Part shown: positions 14,201-24,175 of the stretch, piece by piece
Layout: the number at the start of each line of letters is the position of its first letter
Position numbering within the stretch: the first letter of the stretch is position 1
DNA from: Isurus oxyrinchus
Lineage: Eukaryota
Length of the DNA stretch: 64,000 nucleotides
Reading direction: 5' to 3'
Assembly (NCBI GenBank): GCA_026770705.1
Contig: JANJGN010000011.1
Coordinates: 71,982,001 to 72,046,000 of the forward strand
Program-made: the position numbers and the translations under genes
The notes under the pieces: generated by a model
Told to the model about the DNA's origin: nothing
The model's database searches: none
What the model saw: only the letters and a program-made list of their open reading frames with translations

Positions 14201-14418
14201 AGTCACACGTAGGCCAGACCTTCCCTGAAGGGTATTAGTGAACCAGATGGGTTGTTACGACAATGGTTTAATAGTCATCATTAGACTTTTAATTCCAAAT
14301 TTTTATTGAATTCAAATATCTACCTTGGCGGGATTCAAACCTGGGTCCCCAGAGCACTACCCTGGGTCTCTGGATTACTAGTCCAGCAACAATACCACTA
14401 AACCATCGCCATTGCCTC
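11250..14418 (-). mobile_element. Apparently full-length (~3.2 kb) single-ORF LINE (APE endonuclease + RT) with a tRNA-like 5' head; ORF disrupted
   Basis: APE: LLTNIWGL...QPDIVILTESYL (from 14099), TTYRPPS, VREPTRGKNILDLILTN. RT: GPDSIPAIVLK, ANYRPISLLSIISKVME. C-term: VEYSPLAWMSAAPTTLKKLDTIQDKAVRLIG. A-rich tail at 11250. Confidence 0.9.
14325..14412 (-). promoter_or_regulatory. tRNA-like head of the LINE (Pol III A/B boxes)
   Basis: Minus strand: A-box TGGTTTAGTGG, anticodon-like arm CTGGA-CTAGTAA-TCCAG, long variable-arm hairpin CCCAGGG...CTCTGGG, B-box GGTTTGAATCC. Confidence 0.75.
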
Positions 14419-14924
14419 CTCACCTCTGTAATTTCATGTTCATTATTAAAGGTGCTTTCATACCCATAATATAATGTTATGCCTTAAAGGAAAACATTAA
14501 AATAAACTTTGTCATATGTCAAACCACCCTAACATCACAGCTATACTTAGCAGTCCCAGTGCATGACGGCATATTTTGGAGGAAATATATTTTTAATAAT
14601 AAATATCTGTAAGTTATTTATGTATTTGGTTCTAACACTGTTGATAAACAATTCAAACTCTTCTCTATAACTTCATTATAACTCTTCGCTTGGATTAGTC
14701 CTCAGTATTGGTTACTCTTTTACATAGCAATTTTCTTACCAATTTTTTTGCTTCCCTTAATTCCCTTTTGAAGTTACCTCAATGCTGCTGTATGATTCCT
14801 TGACAACTGGTTGTTTTCCAATACCACTATTCACGTGTGAGCATTAGCAAGTTATTCAACACCAGATGCATCATAGTTAATCATAAACCTCTTCTGACCT
14901 GACTTCCATACACATGTATCTAAT

Positions 14925-16588
14925 AGTTGTTTGGTACCACAGAACTTGAGTGTTGCTGAAAAAAGAGACATGTCTAAGCTTTTCACCTTGCACTTATCAG
15001 GACACTTGCAAGAATACCCGTATAAGTGGGAAAACAGCAGCTTATACTGTATGTGAAGAGAGTGTTGATTGGCTGGCAAGTGGTGTTGTCATGGAGAATG
15101 CACCATTGATGGTGACTGACAGTTAATTGTCAAGCATTGTTTGAAATTTAAACCAGGCAGCTTGACCCTGATTGGTCAAGGCATTGCCCTAAGGAATGAG
15201 TCAATGAATGGCTGTCAGTTATTTTGTTTAGCTGAAATAGGCGCAGTGTATGTACATGTTCTTTCTGTCTGCAAAGAACAGGACCTGTGTATTAATACAT
15301 GTAGCTTCCAGTATGTGCATATGCGCCACATTGTGAGCCCGACTGACAACTTTAAATTGATTGTCAACGTAATTCTTAGCACTTTGAAGATCATGTAGCA
15401 AATGTTATCCAATTGCGGAATCACATCTAATGTTGGACACTGTGTTTTGAGTTTTTCAAGCATGGGCTGGAGGGTATGGCCTGTACTCTGTCCGTGTCGA
15501 ACAGTGGCTAGGATATGCTGTTTGATATGATCCACCCTGTCTTTGGGACGTATGGGTTACATACCTAGCATCACACTGGCACCAAAATTCATATACCACA
15601 GTATTCATTTGTATGATAGGCAGAACATCTTTTCAGCTTGACAGCAACATCCTGTTAGTGGCGAATACCACTCATGTTGCTACTGCATAGTAGCAGCGTA
15701 AAACAGATGGCTTCATCTGTTGCTCAAATTTTTGAGATACCTTGCCCTTCCAGCGTAATCTGAGGTAGACAGGGCACTTTTCAGGGATGAAAGCGATGGC
15801 CTTAACCCAGTTCATTAGTTTGTGTGGTATACAGAATGATCTGATCAGGGTAGCCATTATCCCGCAGGATGCCTTTGATGGGCCCTATTTCAGCATCAAG
15901 CTTGCATGGTGAGCAAAATATTCAGGCCCTATTTACAAGATTGCCGAAAAGACCAACCTTATAGTATGTGGAACTGTAAGAATCCCAACGCACATATTGA
16001 CCAGTGAAGGTAGGCTTGCAGTAGACTGTTGTAGAGATTCCCCCAGGCAGATTTCTCAACTAGTACCTCAAGGAAGGGGAGTTAATTTAACTGCTCCATT
16101 TCATAGGTGAATTTGAGCGCAGGATGGAGCCCATTAAGACTTGTAAGGAAATTGTTACATGCAGCTGCGGATTTAAATATAGCAAACATATCATCTACAT
16201 ATTGGAAATAGTTGAGGGATAGGAGATTAGGTGTCAATCAATCGAAGAGATATTTCTCATGGAGCCCAACAAAGATGTTTGCAAGAGCTGGGCCTAAAGA
16301 GGATCTCATGGCAACAACATCTATTTGGGAATACATGGTGTCATTAAAATTGAACTCAACTGCATGAGTTGCTGAGTTCACAAGTTCAATGAATACTGAT
16401 TCACATGATGGTGGCAGGTCTTGATCGCCATGATATAGTGCTGGCCTTCGCAAATGTGAAGGAGTCCTTCACCATGTATGTGAAGGCCATATAGGATTTG
16501 CATTTCGATAGCAATGCTGTGTCCATGTGTTCTTTTGATATTGCTAGCCTATTCAGCAATGTTCTACTTAAGGAAGCCATAGGTATTT
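14925..16588 (-). mobile_element. Degenerate Penelope-like retroelement (RT + GIY-YIG) with inverted 5' segment
   Basis: Minus strand: FNFNDTMYSQIDVVAMRSSLGPALANIFVG, YFQYVDDMFAIF, VVYEFWCQCDARYV. Plus strand 16455-16588: SMCSFDIASLFSNVLLKEAIG (an earlier RT motif, inverted). Confidence 0.85.
14971..15004 (-). ncRNA. Decayed minimal hammerhead ribozyme motif in a Penelope-like 3' end
   Basis: TGTC-CTGATAA-GTGCAAGGT-GAAA-AGCT-TA-GACA: stem I TGTC/GACA, core CUGAnGA with one substitution, GAAA, palindromic stem III. Confidence 0.6.
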
Positions 16589-17769
16589 ATGATGCTTTCC
16601 CTCACCTTCTATTTTTGGGAGAGCATCAAAGTGAGGGATAGCATTGTTGCACCTGGAATACTTTTGTTTGGTAATGTCAGAATCAAGCATCCACATTTCA
16701 GGCATAGCACAGGCCAGAAAAAAAAAGCAGAGTTCCCTCTGCTTGCAAAAACTTGCTCTAACAATATCCCCATAAAAACAACCCTCAACTATGTACAAGT
16801 GGGAATATTTCTACTGTCATACATCATTATTACATTTCAAATGTTCACTTGTATTATAGAACCACTTCCAAATGGAGCATTCCTACCATTGCTCTGGCTT
16901 TGATCAGCTAGGTCAGCAATGACAGTGAATTGCACCTGGGAACTTTTTGGCTGATATAACTATGTGACTTAGCTACTACAAATCATTTGGGTCATTAGAG
17001 GAATGTTGGAACACCGCGGCACCAATGTCATAAGACAACAGTGAATGTGCCATTTATTTCTGGCACTCAATCCTTCCCTGGCTGGGAAATAGTTGCACTC
17101 ACTAGTGATTGACAAACTGCATCAGCGGCCTTTATAAGGCTTTATAAGCGGGATGGACAATGGCCTGTCCAGGACAGAAAAACTGGTGGATGGTGATACC
17201 ATTGCTTGTCGCATTTTACCTAGCTGCTCTGGTTCTAGCGCCTCTGGAAGTGTGAATTGAAACTGTTCACCTTTTTATATGGGTCTCTGCATCCCACACA
17301 CTAATCACATCTCAGTTGTGTTAACAGCTCTATTGTCAAAAATCAGTGTTGTTGACAACAGAACTGTTTGATAAATTTATTGTAAGTGAGGCAGTTAATT
17401 TTGTATCAAATTAAAGGCAGGTTTGTGCTGATTCCCCACACCCAATGAAAACTGGGTTAAGCAGATTAAATGTTAATGTTTATCAATGCTTAGCAGCAGC
17501 AGTCAGGAGGAGGCGGAACATGAAAATCGATAATCAGATGGAATCATGTGTAATATTACCAATTTATGGCTTATAAAAGTGTTAAAACAAAACATATTTT
17601 CTTGGACCAAATTGTTGGCATTTTGGATTTTAATATGCTGTTTTATAAGTGAGCTTCATTTGTTCTGCAACTATTCTGGAGTCATCAATTTAAAATTAAC
17701 TGATTTGAGGAAACTACATATAATACTGTACTAACTGGGGAAGAATTTTATATCAACAGTCATTTGGGG

Positions 17770-18310
17770 CCACAAGGACCACAATCAATAAAGTATATTT
17801 ACATATAAATCACTGGTTAGGCCCCAGCTGGAGTGTTGTGAGCAATTCTGGGCACCACACTTTACGAAGGATGTCAAGCCCTCAGATAAGTGTAGAGAAG
17901 ATTTACTAGAATGGTAGAAGGGACACAGAACTTCAACTACACAGACAGACTAGAGAAACTGGAATTGTTCTCCTTAGAACAGAGAAGGTTAAATGGAGAT
18001 TTAATAGAGGTGTTCAAATTACGATCAGTTTTGATGAGTAAAGAAGAAGCTGTTTCTAGTTGATGCAGGTTGCTGATTGGCAAGAACCGGAGGCGAGATG
18101 AGGAGATTTATGTTTTACACTGCGAGCTGTAATGATTTGCAATACATTGCTTGAAAGAGTGGTGGAAGCAGATTCAATAATAGCTTTCAAAGAGAATTTG
18201 AACGTCTATTTGAAAGGGGGAATTTTTCAGAGATGGGCAGGAGAATGAAACTAATTGGATAGCTTTCAAAGAGCCAGAACAGGCACAGTTTTTTCTCACT
18301 GTATCAGATT
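17770..18310 (+). mobile_element. CR1 LINE 3' fragment
   Basis: YKSLVRPQLECCEQFWAPH and RLEKLELFSLEQRRLNGDLIEVFK are typical CR1 ORF2 C-terminal motifs. Confidence 0.85.
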
Positions 18311-18360
18311 CGATACCTATATTGCATTTATCACAAGTCTATGTACAAGATACAATGACA

Positions 18361-18962
18361 TAGCCACCCTGTAACTTTGCAGAATGCGCCTGTGGGAACA
18401 CACCTTCAGTGCATTCTGCAGAACAATACAATAAAACCCAAATATATAATGGCTAGATTTAGGTCTTCAAACCTCTTTAGCATGACTTTATCTGTACATG
18501 ATCCAGCAGCATTTTGAATTAATACCGCACATGTTGTAATAAGGTCCTTTTCCACAAGTTCTGCTAAGGAGTAGATGAGAAATAATGAGGAAGCATATAT
18601 GCTAACAAGGATGTACAAAAGCAAAATACAACGGATGTTGGAAATCTGAACTAAAAACTGAAATGCACAGTATGGCTTTATGCAAGTTGCCTGAATGCCT
18701 TGTCTGTCATGGAAGGGTATATGGAATGGACAGAACCAAGAACGTAGCCTAAATAAACAATTTATGAAGTAGAGGAGGGAGGCCAAGAAACATATATGGC
18801 ACATTAATCCATTATAGCAAAAAAAATCTGTTAAACAACTTAATAACGAAATAGCAACCCTGTTACTTGCACTATATGCCCTTGGGAATAAACCTTCAGA
18901 GCACTCTGCAGAAAAACAAGATGGTAAAATCCAAATATGTAATGGCTAGGTTTAGCTCTTCA
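18361..18962. repeat. Diverged local direct duplication of a ~110-bp unit (18361-18469 and 18852-18962)
   Basis: TAGCCACCCTGTAAC...GGGAACACACCTTCAGTGCATTCTGCAGAA...AATGGCTAGATTTAGGTCTTCA versus TAGCAACCCTGTTAC...GGGAATAAACCTTCAGAGCACTCTGCAGAA...AATGGCTAGGTTTAGCTCTTCA. Confidence 0.8.
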
Positions 18963-20169
18963 CGGCCTGGGTACTAAACTTGCAGAAAAGTTCCACAATG
19001 TAAATGAAAATCATGCAGGCTCTAGAACAGGCAACCTGCTCCACCAGTGACATCTGGCAATGAAGATCAAAATCTACCGCATTATCTCTAAGCTTAGAGA
19101 AACAAAAGGTGAAAGTCTGCAAATATCACCAAAATGCTTACTTTACAGGGCCAGTTCTCTCCCTACTTCCTCCTCTCCCGAATGCCACAGTACCTCCTCC
19201 AGGTTCTCATGGTGAACCTTGACTGTTATTTTCAGTAGGCTACTTGACCATGAACAACATTACAATTTAGCCTGATCATGTCCTCACCCAACATCCTTAT
19301 GCGCTTTCTAGCACAGATCATTGATAGCAAGCTGTTATAAGAATCTTGGCTTATTTTTCTCTTCTCTAGTTTACTGGTATTGAAACTAATAATTGCAATC
19401 CAATGTTGCCTAGCTGAGATCAGCTGACCTTCTGCAAGCATGAAATAGAAACTGGGCTCATCTTATCTGTTTCCGTAGGGAGGCAAGACACAGCACCTTT
19501 ACCTACTAGCCAGTGAGAGAGCCACACATTTTTGAGATTAACAACTGGTTCCCAACAGTCAGTGCAATCACTTAGTAGTGAGCAGAATAAATTATTATCA
19601 GAGAAAATTATGAAACTGAGGTTCAAAACAAAACTTAGATATTTTCAAATTTAAAACAGATTCAATTTTATAATTAAATAAAAGGCAATTAAAATGAAGT
19701 AAGAAAGTAGTTCAATAATATATGCATATAAATATTTTTGCATAGACTTGTAAAAGAAGCTCTATTGGCTTTGAAATTATATGGTTACAAGCACGATTTT
19801 TTGAAACAAGCTTAAAAATGCTATTTGCAGTACATTTCAAAACTGGAATGTTGCTGTCATTACATGGCAGGTACAGCAAGATGTACTATTAACTACAGGC
19901 TTTAGATACACAATCATTCATGTATTTATGCAAGCATGAGCAAAAAGAGGTGAAGGCAATCTCAACTGTACCAAAACCACAATATACTAAGTTTTGCGGT
20001 TTTAAGGGGACACGAAAACCAAAAGAAAAGTTGCACGCAATTCTGTTATTTAATGACAGCAGTCTGCATTCAAAATTCACGAATCGTCGGTTAGGTTTGG
20101 ATGAATGTTGTTTGCAAGATCAATGTGCAGAAATTCAATAATCAAAGGGAACCAATAATGATTCTTTTT

Positions 20170-21350
20170 TCAACACCGCCCACGTTGTTATGAAATGAAA
20201 AGAAAGACTTGACACACGAAAGCAGCGGATAACAGCAGTTCATACAAATAGATACATGACATTAAGCTAAGAGTTTTAAAAGTTCCGCTTAAATCTACAC
20301 GGTCGGTCTGAAAGTTGTTCCCCACCCCCCCCCCCCCCCCCCCTCTCGAACCTTTGAGAAACCGAAGCTGAGGAGATGATTGTGGGTGACTGACTAAGTG
20401 GCTGAGGTTTACCTTCTGCCGCTGCTGACGCCTGCCGGGTGTCTCCACATGGGCGACCCACTGCTGCTGTCAGGTGCGCGGTCACTGGGCACCACCGGGC
20501 GGCTGCGGCTCACCAGGAAAGCCGGGCTCCTACATGGTTTCTTCTCGTTGTATCTCATGTTGTAAACGCATCTCAAGGCAGGGAACTAAACCTGGGGCAA
20601 CGAAAACAGTGAAATCCGCAGATTTCCTAATCACCATAGAAACTAGTAAATGGCAGAAACGCATTTAAAAAAAGAACTGATTATATAATCAATCCAATTC
20701 TGTCACTCTTCGCATAAAGTGATGATGAAGGAAAACTGACACAAAAAATGGGATAAATAAACATGAAATAGGTCAGAGATTTTGTTTTTCCTCTCTGTGT
20801 TGCTCTCAAACCGGATTGTAAAATTTGTTTCGTCCCCCCCCACCCCGCCCCCCGTCGGGTAAAACAGACCTCTCTGACTGGAACAAGAGGAAATGATCCA
20901 CTGACCTAAATATTTTTCCAAACATCTGTGACCTTTTTCTGGCTCCTGTGGGAGGAGACAGGCGCGGGTCCAAGGAACGGAGCCAAGAGAAATCTGCGGC
21001 AGGGAGGTGAGGTTCCTGTGGCTGGAGATGGGGTCCATTTGCCATTCTTGGCACGTCGGAGCCTTTCACTCACACGGAAGCACCGCCGGACTCACTGTGA
21101 AGAGATTAATTTAGTAACTGGGGCTGGCCGCAGAAACCATTGAAAAATATGCGCGGAGCCATGGACAAATTCTAGGCAGAAAGGGGTGCCACCCTGCTCT
21201 TGGTTCACTCCGAGATGACAGCATATTGACGCTGGCTGCTCGGTGAGGTGCGTTTTTTCTTTTTGGAAAGTAGGTCAGTAACTTCAATGTTCAATCTCCT
21301 TCCGTCATTGCGCCGAAATTAGCCACTCCTTATGTAAGATGTTGCGACGT
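20170..21350. promoter_or_regulatory. CpG-island-like region, probable promoter or first exon(s)
   Basis: Dense unmutated CpGs in non-repeat sequence within an otherwise CpG-depleted window. Minus-strand donor GAAG|GTAAAC at 20413/20412. Plus-strand donor-like GAG|GTGAGG (~21006) and TCG|GTGAGG (~21242). Poly-C run at ~20325-20344. Confidence 0.65.
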
Positions 21351-22441
21351 TTCAAAATATGATGGCTAACATTAACAGCTAGGAGTTTTGACATTAAGGT
21401 CTTTTGGATTTTGAGATGGTTGCGCTTGAAAGCAGCTAATCTCAAAGACTTTTAAAAGTCTGCAGTGAATGAACAAGTCTCAATTACACTGAGACACACT
21501 TTCCAACATATTCAATGGCTGCTGCAGCACGGTCCTTATGTTGCTCTGAGCAGGGGAGTGAGACTTGTGGACAGTAATGTGGCTGGAGTTGAATCGTTAA
21601 TAATAAAAATGAAAGCATTCGGCCAGTCTTTTGGAGATGGTTGGGGGACACATTCTGAAGAACTTTCCTTTAATGTGATCTAATCAATGATTTAAGGTCC
21701 AGTGGTGGAAGGACCTGTGGAAACATAAACAATCGGGTTAATGTTTCAGTTCGATGACCTTTCGGAGTTCCGACGAATCGTTAACCTGGTTTATTTCATA
21801 GCTAAAGGGTAGACATAAAAAGCAAATTCCACTTCCTATCTTGTTAAAACCATGGGAAAAATAATAAAATTCTATCCCTCTCGAGGGCTGATTAATAGTT
21901 TTTGGCATTACCTTTCTTTTAATTGCAAACAAAACTATCCAGCAACTTCCAGCTCCTGGCCATGGCCGTGTCTAATAACCCTCCATTCAAAACCTGATTG
22001 CCCAAGGAAGCAGGGGCACACTGTCCCTAATGCTTTACCAACACGCCTGTCAGTCAGATCGACTATCCCTTCCCCGCAGAAATCCTAGACGTGTTCACAC
22101 GACCAGAGACTTTCTCCCCACAATGGGTGTGATTTTAACTTGAGAACGATGATGAATTTATTTTATATCCCTGGTTATCATGGCTTTAGTACACGTTTTT
22201 CAATGCTAGCAGTCTGTATCCTTTTTAAAATCTTTGCAAATTTATTTTGTTTTAAATCAAACTTCTAAAGCATATTTTAGCTCCAGAATTCTTTTCGTGA
22301 TGACAAAAATGAAGAGAAAAGCTGAAATGTGAATCTGTCAAAAGGGTTTTGCTCTTCCATGCTTTTGTGAATCAAACTATTGTATATATAATTCCTTCTA
22401 CCATTGAAGGAGACCAAGGATTGGAGTTTCCTGCCGGCAGA

Positions 22442-22779
22442 TTTTTTTTTCATTTGTTCATGGGATGTAGGCATCTCTGGCTAGGCCAACATTTATTGCC
22501 CATCTCTAATTGCCCTTGTTCAGAGCACATTTAAAAGTCAACAACATTGCTGGGTGTCTGAAGTCACATGTAGGCCAGATCAGATAAGGACAGCAGATTT
22601 CCTTCCCTAAAGGACATTAGTGAACCAGATGGGTTTTTACAACAATCAGCAATGGTTTCATGGTCATCATCAGACTTTTAATTCCAAATTTTTTTTATTG
22701 AATTCAAATTTCGAACCCAGGTACCCAGAGAATTATCCTGGGTCCCTGGAATACCAGTCCACAATGCCATCACTTCCCC
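22442..22779 (-). mobile_element. SINE composed of the LINE's tRNA-like 5' region fused to the LINE 3' tail
   Basis: Matches the 5' region of the LINE (about 14160-14415), then switches at CTCTGAA to CAAGGGCAATTAG...AATAAATG...CATCCCATGAA plus poly-A (the LINE 3' end). Confidence 0.85.
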
Positions 22780-22884
22780 ACTGGTGGCGCTGGAGATGAG
22801 GAACAGTGTTGGTGGTCATTGATCAGCTGCACATTAAGTTCATGAGCAATCTCTAACCACAATGTCATGGCCCACTACTTTGTA

Positions 22885-23259
22885 ACTCTTTCGAGTACAA
22901 ACACGTTTCCCTCTGTTCCTATTCAGATGAAGTTACATTGTTTGCCATTGTGAGATTTGAACTCTTGATACTCTTTTGAGCACAAACCCGTTTCCATCTG
23001 TTTCAGATGAAGTTACATTGTTTCATAGTTGACCATTGTGAGATCTGAACTCTCAATCTTGGGGTTACAAACCCAGTACCATAACCACTTGGCTATTTAG
23101 GCCAAGCAAAATTCAACTTGGGTGTGGATATGTAACTCTTTCGAGTGCAAACCTGTTTCCATTGAAGTTACATTGTTTCATAGCTTGCCATTGTGAGATC
23201 TGAACTCTTGATCTTGGGGTTACAAACCCAGTGACATGACCACTTGGCTATTTAGCCAA
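22885..23259 (-). mobile_element. Tandem (about 2.5 units) tRNA-derived retroposon with 15-bp TSD
   Basis: TSD GCCCACTACTTTGTA at 22870-22884 and 23260-23274. Unit head GGCCTAAATAGCCAAGTGGTTATGGTACTGGGTTTGTAACCCCAAG...GAGTTCAGATCTC is tRNA-like with TGT at the anticodon position. Confidence 0.8.
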
Positions 23260-23289
23260 GCCCACTACTTTGTATTTAAACACAAACTA

Positions 23290-23625
23290 GTGCCACTAAT
23301 AAAAGACTAGCTAATCCTGAGGCCCAGGTTAATGATCTGGGGACATGGGCTCAAATCACACCATGGCAGCTGGTGGAATTTAAATTCAATTAATAAATCT
23401 GGTATATAAAGCTAGTCTCAGTGAGGATGATCATGAAACTATCATCAATTGTTGTAAAAAACCATCTGGTTCACCAATGCCCCATTAAGGAAGGAAGTCT
23501 GCCATCCTTACCTGGTCTCACCTACATGTGACTCCAGACGCACAGCAATCTGGTTGACTCTGAAATGGCCATTAGGTTTGTGCAACAAAGGCCTGCCAGT
23601 GATGCCATTTCCCATGAAAGAATAA
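23290..23625 (+). mobile_element. SINE of the same head-plus-tail family as 22442-22779
   Basis: GACTAGCTAATCC...AAATCTGG...CCATCTGGTTCAC...TGACTCCAGA...CCCATGAAAGAATAAA. Confidence 0.75.
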
Positions 23626-24140
23626 AGGGATAGTTCAGCTGTGTAATGAAATCACACAAACTTGAAATGCTGTTGTGACTGTTTAGTGCAAAGATATATT
23701 TATGACAGAGCTGGGGATGGGTGCCCAGGAGGGCTCAGGGAGTCCAGAAGTAAGTGAAACACACCTGCCAGTGGTGTGTTTCAACCCAGACACTGCATTT
23801 GCACTGAATTCCTGGTGCCCTGACCAACTTGCAAGAGTGAACGTGATGACGATTCGCTTGAGTCAATTTCAAATGAATGATTTAAAGGGTCACTGCATGG
23901 ATGACAGTTGGATTGTAGATATGGAGAAAAAGGGGAAGAAACTGGCATTATGGAGTCCCAACCACGCAAGGCTGCGACTCACTTCTTGGATGCCTCCATC
24001 TGATGTTGCTAACTGTAAAAGCATGCAGGGAGATACACTTAGATAAAAGCAAAATACTGCGGATGCTGGAAATCTGAAACAGAAACAAAAATACCTGGAA
24101 AAACTCAGCAGGTCTGACAACATCTGTGGAGAGGAATACA

Positions 24141-24175
24141 GTTGATGTTTTGAGTCCCTTTGACTTCATCAGAAC
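24141..24175 (-). ncRNA. Decayed hammerhead ribozyme motif
   Basis: GTT-CTGATGA-AGTCAAAGGGACT-CAAAAC-ATC-AAC. The GAAA box is mutated. Confidence 0.5.

Noticed and set aside
18406-18428. miR-148/152-like sequence TCAGTGCATTCTGCAGAAC
   Set aside because: Only the seed region resembles it. The opposite arm does not match that family and the duplicated unit lacks the seed.
22885-23030. Hammerhead ribozyme in the tandem element (CTGAATAG...GAAAC)
   Set aside because: The core does not fit CUGAnGA, and the CTG is paired in a hairpin.
23030-23103. Functional tRNA-Thr(TGT) gene
   Set aside because: The acceptor stem and T-arm are imperfect, and it is repeated inside a TSD-flanked insertion, so it is treated as a retroposon head.
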